A DNA stretch of 64,000 nt from Polyangiales bacterium (GTDB taxonomy: Bacteria > Myxococcota_A > Polyangia > Polyangiales > Polyangiaceae), in NCBI GenBank assembly GCA_038231275.1, contig JBBRLQ010000010.1, positions 64,001-128,000 on the forward strand. The letters are read 5' to 3'. Numbering within the stretch: the stretch's first letter is position 1; each line of letters starts with the position of its first letter. Positions 58,770 through 64,000 of this stretch are shown here, piece after piece. A program made the position numbers and the translations under genes. The notes below the pieces were generated by a model. It ran no database searches, was not told where the DNA came from, and was given only the letters and a program-made list of their open reading frames with translations.

Positions 58770-60719
58770 ATGGCTCCCCGGCGCACACACGGCCCCTGCT
58801 TTGCGCGCCCTGTCCTCGTGGCGCTCGTCGTCACGGCGATCGCCCTGGCGGCTGCGTGCGCGACGTCGAACGCGCCCGATGGGGCGGGACCGGCAGGTGA
58901 AGAGGCCGGCGCCGATGGCCTCACGGGCGCCGACGCCGCCAGCGACGCTCCCGCGGTCGACGCCGACGCCGCGCGCCCCGCAGATGCAGGCTCCGACGGT
59001 GACGCCGCGCCCGACGATCCGTTCAAAGAGACCCTCGTAGGCGCCGACGTTCCCGATCACCGCGTGGGGATGTTCTACCTCGTGTGGCACGCCCCTGCGG
59101 CGACGGCCATGAGCGCCATCGTCGACGCCGGAGGCGCGCTGCACACGCTCGAGGACGTCGTCCGCAGCAACGGCGCGCTTCGCTACGGCGATCTCTACGA
59201 GAAGTACGGCGTCGAGGCGCAGGCGATGTCGCTCTACTGGAACGTGCGTCCGAGCCTCGGCTTTTATTGCATCTACCGCGCGCGCGCCGGCGAGTCGGGC
59301 GCCGTCCCCGACTGCAAAGACATCGGCGCGACGACAAGCACCCACGCCGCGCAGCTCGTCGCGGCGGGGATCGATCATGTCGTCATCGACGCGACCAACC
59401 TCGTCGACGTCGACAAGAACGGCGGAGATCTCCTCCAGCTTCGCCCTACGGAGGTCCTCTTCGAGGAGTGGGCCAAGCTGCGCGCGGCCGGCAAGAAAAC
59501 ACCGCAAATTGCCGTGTGGAATGCGATCCCCGCCGGCGCCGTGCAATGGCAGAAGCACCTCGCGCTCTACCAGAACCCCGCCTACGACGGCCTCGTGCTG
59601 CGCGACAAGAAGACGAACAAGAAGGTCTTCTTCGCGGTCGACTCGCAGGACGCGCGCGCGCCCGATCCCGCCATTCTCGCGCAGATCGCGGCGGCCAACG
59701 TCGAGGTGCAGCGGATGTGGACGATCGCAGGGACCGACGCTTCGATCGATCGCTGGGCGTTCATGAGCTACTGCCAGGCGGGCGGCAAGGACACGACGAG
59801 CATCATCGGCGCAGGAGACTGCGCGCAGCCGTACACGCCCAAGAGCACGCTCGGCAGCGCGGTCGCCGTCGCGCCGTCGTTCCAGACCGGGTACGGGAGC
59901 CTCCCGAACGGCTCGGCCGGTAAGCTCGCGGGGACGACGTTCCGGCGGCAGTGGGGAACGGCGTTCGGCGTGATGCCCGACTATGTGTTCGTGTCGGGAT
60001 GGAACGAGTTCGTCGCGCAGCCGCAGCCGAACCCGTACGCGGGCGATCCGTTCGCGCGCGACGTCGGGCTCGAGCGCGATCCGGAAGGGCAGAAGCTCTT
60101 CGTCGACACGTTCGGCGCCGAGTACGGCCGCGACATCGAGCCGACCGCGGAGTACGGAACGGCGTACTACGATCTTCTGCGATCGTGCGTTCGCGTGTAC
60201 CGCAAGAACGCGGCGGGCGGCGTCACCGGGTGCAAAGACGCGGCGGAGTCGTGCTGTGACGCGTCCGGAAGCGCGGCGTTCGTCGGCGTGTACGCGCTGC
60301 ACAACGACGCCGTGAACGACGTGGTCCTCACGACATCGGCCGCCGAGAAGGCGATGTTGGTAGGGAACGGATGGCGCGAAGTGTGCTCCCGCTACGGATC
60401 GCCGTCGGTGTTCTGCCTCCGTGCAGACGAGCCGAGCACGCCGCTGGCGCCGTTCGTCGCGTACGCGGCGGCCGCGGCCGACAGGAAGGCGCTCTACCGC
60501 TGCCTCGCGGGGACGCGTCACTTCTACAGCCTCGACCCGGCGTGCGAAGGGCAGACCGCGGAGGCGCCGCTCGCGTACCTCGCGCAGTCTCCGACCGGCG
60601 AGATGCCGCGCCGCCTGCAGCGCTGCTACCGCGCGGCGACCGGCGAGCACACCGCGGCGCTGGGCTTCGACTGCCCCGCTGGAACGACCGACGAGGGCAC
60701 GTTCGGCTTCGTGCGTTGA
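58770..60719 (+). CDS. Lipoprotein with putative glycoside hydrolase TIM barrel and C-terminal repeat domain
   Basis: Lipobox AAAC; VGMFYLVWH, AGID, FVSGWNEF, DIEPTAEYG (GH71/GH99-like style); C-terminal LYRC..RHFYSLDPACEG repeats. Confidence 0.65.
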   Translation: MAPRRTHGPCFARPVLVALVVTAIALAAACATSNAPDGAGPAGEEAGADGLTGADAASDAPAVDADAARPADAGSDGDAAPDDPFKETLVGADVPDHRVGMFYLVWHAPAATAMSAIVDAGGALHTLEDVVRSNGALRYGDLYEKYGVEAQAMSLYWNVRPSLGFYCIYRARAGESGAVPDCKDIGATTSTHAAQLVAAGIDHVVIDATNLVDVDKNGGDLLQLRPTEVLFEEWAKLRAAGKKTPQIAVWNAIPAGAVQWQKHLALYQNPAYDGLVLRDKKTNKKVFFAVDSQDARAPDPAILAQIAAANVEVQRMWTIAGTDASIDRWAFMSYCQAGGKDTTSIIGAGDCAQPYTPKSTLGSAVAVAPSFQTGYGSLPNGSAGKLAGTTFRRQWGTAFGVMPDYVFVSGWNEFVAQPQPNPYAGDPFARDVGLERDPEGQKLFVDTFGAEYGRDIEPTAEYGTAYYDLLRSCVRVYRKNAAGGVTGCKDAAESCCDASGSAAFVGVYALHNDAVNDVVLTTSAAEKAMLVGNGWREVCSRYGSPSVFCLRADEPSTPLAPFVAYAAAAADRKALYRCLAGTRHFYSLDPACEGQTAEAPLAYLAQSPTGEMPRRLQRCYRAATGEHTAALGFDCPAGTTDEGTFGFVR

Positions 60720-60898
60720 ACCGCGACCGGCCTCCGCCGTTCACGCAGTGTGCGTGAACGCGCCTTGACGGCAAATCGGGCCGATCACCCACGCGCCGAG
60801 TCCCGATCCCAACGGCTACCGCGGGTGCATGACGATCCCGTTCGACGATCTCGCCACCGGCAAGCCGGCGACGGCGCTCGGGCTCCTCGTGTCCGAGC

Positions 60899-62368
60899 TC
60901 ACCGACAATGCTGCGTCGCCGCTCGGCATCGTGCGGACGACGATCCGCGCGCGCTGACCCGGCGGCCGCGACGAACGCGACGACCGGCGAAGGCGAGGCC
61001 GATCGCGGCGAAAGCGAAGCCTGCACCTCCGCGTGCGCCATCTCCGGGCGACGCGCTGCAACCCGCGAGGCCGCTCGTGGAATAGCTGCTCGTGCCGCCC
61101 GACCCGGAGGCGCCGCCGGTGCCGGAGCTGCTCGCGGTCGCGCCGTTTCCGCCGCTCGCGCCGCTGGTGCCGCCGCGGGTGCCGCCGCTGCTCGCGCCGC
61201 CGCTCGTCCCGCCGCCGCTGGAGCCGCCGCTGCTCGCGCCGCCGTCGCCGCCCGCGGTCGTCGCGCCGTCGAGGCCGAAGAATTTACCGGCGTAATACGT
61301 CGAGCAGATGCCAGCGCTCAGGATGTACGACCCCGCGGCGCCGCATTTTTCGCCGCCGGGGGTCGCCGGATCGACCGGCTTGCTCGGCGCAACCATCGTT
61401 CCGTGCCCCTGCCCCGTGATCTCGTACGCCTCGACGACCGCCTTGCCGCTGGGATCCTTCCAGACCTTGTGCGGGAAGCCGTCGACTTGCTCGGTGACCG
61501 CCGGCGTCTGGCTCGCGCCGAGGACCTGCGTCCACTGCTTCACGATCTCGCCTTCGGAGTGGAAGTTGACCGTGCCGTCCGAGGTGCCGTGCCAGATGGA
61601 GACGCGCGGGCGCGCGCCGGTGAACGTCGGCGACGCGTTGTGGACGAGATCGGCCCACGCTTGCGGCGTGCGGGTGAGGTACGCGTTCTGCCCCGTGCTG
61701 TAGTCGCCGAGGCACCCGCTCGCCTCGGCGGTGGTCTTTTTTACCATCGCGCAGCCGTACGGCACGCCCGCCATGATCGCGCCGGCCGCGAAGACGTCCG
61801 GCCACACCGCGAGCATCACCGACACCATCCCACCGCCCGCCGAGAGGCCGGTGACGAAGACGCGCGCAGCGTCGATGGTGTGATCCTTCTTCATCTGGTC
61901 GACCATCTCTTTGATCGACTCGTTCTCGCCGTACCCGCGCGTCAACTCGGTCGTGTCGAGCGTCTCGCTCGAGACCGGAAAATCGTTGGGCGCCGACGGC
62001 CAGCGCCCGCCCCAATTGAAGCAGCCGAGTTGGTTGTTCTTGCCGGTGTTCTGCTGCGGGTAGACGACGTAGAAGCCCCACTGGTCGGCGAGGTTGTTCC
62101 ACCCCGCGGCGACGTACGTGTCGGGCGTCTGCGTGCAGCCGTGCATCGCGACGACGAGCGGGCGCGGTCCCGCGGGCATCTTGGCCGGGACGTACTTGAG
62201 CATCGTGAGGTTGCCGGGGTTCGCGCCGAAGGAGGTCACGCCGGTCAGCGCGGCCTCGGTCTGGCCCACGTTCAGGACCGGCGCGTCGGCCGGCGTCCCG
62301 CACGCGAGCGCGGCGAGGCAAGCGAAGGCGGGAACGAGGCGAAACGGGCGGCACAACGACAGCTTCAT
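60899..62368 (-). CDS. PHB depolymerase family esterase with MYXO-CTERM-like tail
   Basis: FGANPGNL, AMHGCTQ, CFNW, VTGLSAGG (GxSxG), WHGTSD, GQGH; Gly/Ser linker, GC + hydrophobic + RR tail. Confidence 0.88.
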   Translation of the reverse strand: MKLSLCRPFRLVPAFACLAALACGTPADAPVLNVGQTEAALTGVTSFGANPGNLTMLKYVPAKMPAGPRPLVVAMHGCTQTPDTYVAAGWNNLADQWGFYVVYPQQNTGKNNQLGCFNWGGRWPSAPNDFPVSSETLDTTELTRGYGENESIKEMVDQMKKDHTIDAARVFVTGLSAGGGMVSVMLAVWPDVFAAGAIMAGVPYGCAMVKKTTAEASGCLGDYSTGQNAYLTRTPQAWADLVHNASPTFTGARPRVSIWHGTSDGTVNFHSEGEIVKQWTQVLGASQTPAVTEQVDGFPHKVWKDPSGKAVVEAYEITGQGHGTMVAPSKPVDPATPGGEKCGAAGSYILSAGICSTYYAGKFFGLDGATTAGGDGGASSGGSSGGGTSGGASSGGTRGGTSGASGGNGATASSSGTGGASGSGGTSSYSTSGLAGCSASPGDGARGGAGFAFAAIGLAFAGRRVRRGRRVSARGSSSARCRAATQHCR

Positions 62369-62535
62369 GGCGCCCGCAGGAGCACCGAGCGTGCCGCCCG
62401 CGGCACCGTCGGGAGCCGCCAAATTTGCAGGGAATCGTGAGCTACTGCGACACGCATGTCGCGTCTCCGTCGGCCGTTCGCGCGTCGCTCGCGACGCGGC
62501 GCAGCGGGCGTGCGCTATCCTCGACGTCGCGCGTC

Positions 62536-63621
62536 ATGTCCACCGATCCCAAGAACCCGACGCTGCTCCCGTTCCGGCAACGCATCGACGACGTCGACGA
62601 TCGCATCCTCACGCTCCTCGCCGAGCGCGCCGAGATCGCGCGCGCCGTCGCCGACGCCAAGCGCGCCGCGGCGACCCCGCATTTTCACGATCCGGAGCGC
62701 GAGCGTCAGGTGCTCGACCGCGTCGCCGCGCAAGGGGCTGGCGGCTTTCCGCGCGAGGCGCTCCGCGTCGTGTTTCGCGAGGTGATGAGCGCGTGCCTCT
62801 CGCTCGAGGAGCCGATGCGCGTCGCGTTCCTCGGCCCGGAGGGGACGTTCACGCAAATGGCGGCGCACCGCTTGTTCGGCCTCGCCGCGCGCTACCAGGA
62901 GTCGACCACGATCGACGGCGTGTTCGACGCGGTGCGCGCGGGCGCGTGCGCGGCGGGCGTCGTGCCGATCGAGAACTCCACCGAAGGCTCGGTCACCTTC
63001 ACCGTCGACGCGCTCCTCGACGGCGATCTCGTGATTCGTCAAGAGATGGTGCTCGACGTCTCGCATTGCCTACTGTCGCGCGCCGCGGCGCTGCCATCCA
63101 TCGAGCGCGTCTATTCGCACCCGCAGGCGCTCGCGCAGTGCCGGACGTGGCTCGCCAAGAACCTGCCGGCCGCGCAGCTCGTTCAGACCGCGTCCACCGC
63201 CGCCGCCGCCCGCGAGGCCCACGACGACGAGCACGCCTCCGCAATAGGGAGCGCGCTCGCCGGCGAGCTCCACGGGCTCGCGCTCCTGCGCGAAAAAATC
63301 CAGGACCGTCCCGAGAACGCGACACGCTTCGTGGTGCTGGGCCGCGAGGACGCGCCGCGGACCGGGCGCGACAAGACGACGATCGCGTTCAGCGTGAAGG
63401 ACGGGAAGGGGGCGCTCCGTCAGGTGCTCTCGATCCTCGAGGATTCCAGCGTAAATCTCACGCGCATCGAGTCACGGCCGACGCGGCAGCGCGCGTGGGA
63501 CTACGTCTTCCTCGCCGATCTCGAGGGCCATCGCGAGGACGCGCACGTCGCCGCAGCGCTCGCCGGAGTCCGCGCGCGGTGCCCGATGGTGAAGCTCCTC
63601 GGCAGCTACGCGCGGGCCTAG
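62536..63621 (+). CDS. pheA: Chorismate mutase / prephenate dehydratase
   Basis: RQRIDDVD..LLAER, DPERE, AFLGPEGTF, PIENSTEG, YSHPQALAQC, NATRF, NLTRIESRP. Confidence 0.95.
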   Translation: MSTDPKNPTLLPFRQRIDDVDDRILTLLAERAEIARAVADAKRAAATPHFHDPERERQVLDRVAAQGAGGFPREALRVVFREVMSACLSLEEPMRVAFLGPEGTFTQMAAHRLFGLAARYQESTTIDGVFDAVRAGACAAGVVPIENSTEGSVTFTVDALLDGDLVIRQEMVLDVSHCLLSRAAALPSIERVYSHPQALAQCRTWLAKNLPAAQLVQTASTAAAAREAHDDEHASAIGSALAGELHGLALLREKIQDRPENATRFVVLGREDAPRTGRDKTTIAFSVKDGKGALRQVLSILEDSSVNLTRIESRPTRQRAWDYVFLADLEGHREDAHVAAALAGVRARCPMVKLLGSYARA

Positions 63622-63622
63622 C

Positions 63623-64000
63623 GTGCTCGACCGAAGCGCCTCGCGCGCGATCATCGCGGCGTGCATCGCCCTCACGGGGTGCCGCGGCTGCGCGTCCTGC
63701 GAGCGCGAGGACGAGGACGGGGAGGAACAAGAGGAGCGTGATCGCGCGCGCGATCACTTCTGGCGCGCGGAGATCGTGATCGTCGGGAGCGGGCGCGTGA
63801 AGACGTTCATCGACGCCTTCGACTGCGTGTCGGACGGCGGCGCGGCTGGCGCGGGCGGTGCGACCGGGCAGTGCGGCCCGCGCCTCGTCACGTTCAAGGA
63901 GCTTCACCCCGCGACGATGCAGGCGACACCGGCGCCCGGCTGGGTCTTCGATCATTGGGAGGCGCGCATCCGCGAGCGCGACGGCGCGATCGGTCCACGC
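63623..64000 (+). CDS. Hypothetical lipoprotein, runs off the window
   Basis: Manual translation from GTG 63623: lipobox ALTGC, acidic stretch, ATPAPGWVFDHW (InlB B-repeat-like); open to the window end. Confidence 0.6.
   Translation, partial: MLDRSASRAIIAACIALTGCRGCASCEREDEDGEEQEERDRARDHFWRAEIVIVGSGRVKTFIDAFDCVSDGGAAGAGGATGQCGPRLVTFKELHPATMQATPAPGWVFDHWEARIRERDGAIGPR

Overview
High-GC (roughly 70%) bacterial chromosomal segment. Gene content (MYXO-CTERM-tailed surface proteins, Cys-rich lipoproteins, two Hanks-type Ser/Thr kinases, a TIGR04563-like small protein) points to a myxobacterium, probably Polyangiales (inference). About 58 densely packed CDSs were identified: housekeeping genes (mpl, ClpB-like, lhgO, speA, cydAB, pheA, grxC, aminotransferase, M3 peptidase), two sigma factors, transporters and many secreted or lipid-anchored proteins. 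No rRNA, tRNA, CRISPR array or transposase was seen. The top finding is a rhodanese-family lipoprotein gene (43593-44003, minus strand) that the ORF track cuts at an in-frame TGA. The reading frame continues to complete the domain (FYCANEL-U-HACH), and a bacterial SECIS-like hairpin with a GGUC loop starts 13 nt after the UGA, so this is a probable exported selenoprotein. Other notable items: a ClpB-like ATPase with a systematically degenerate first AAA module, a Popeye-type cNMP-binding membrane protein between two thiol-redox genes, an MscS / paired antiporter / EF-hand 5'-nucleotidase operon, a lipid-anchored truncated globin, and a perfect 34-bp intergenic palindrome. Family assignments come from motif recognition by eye; no searches were run.
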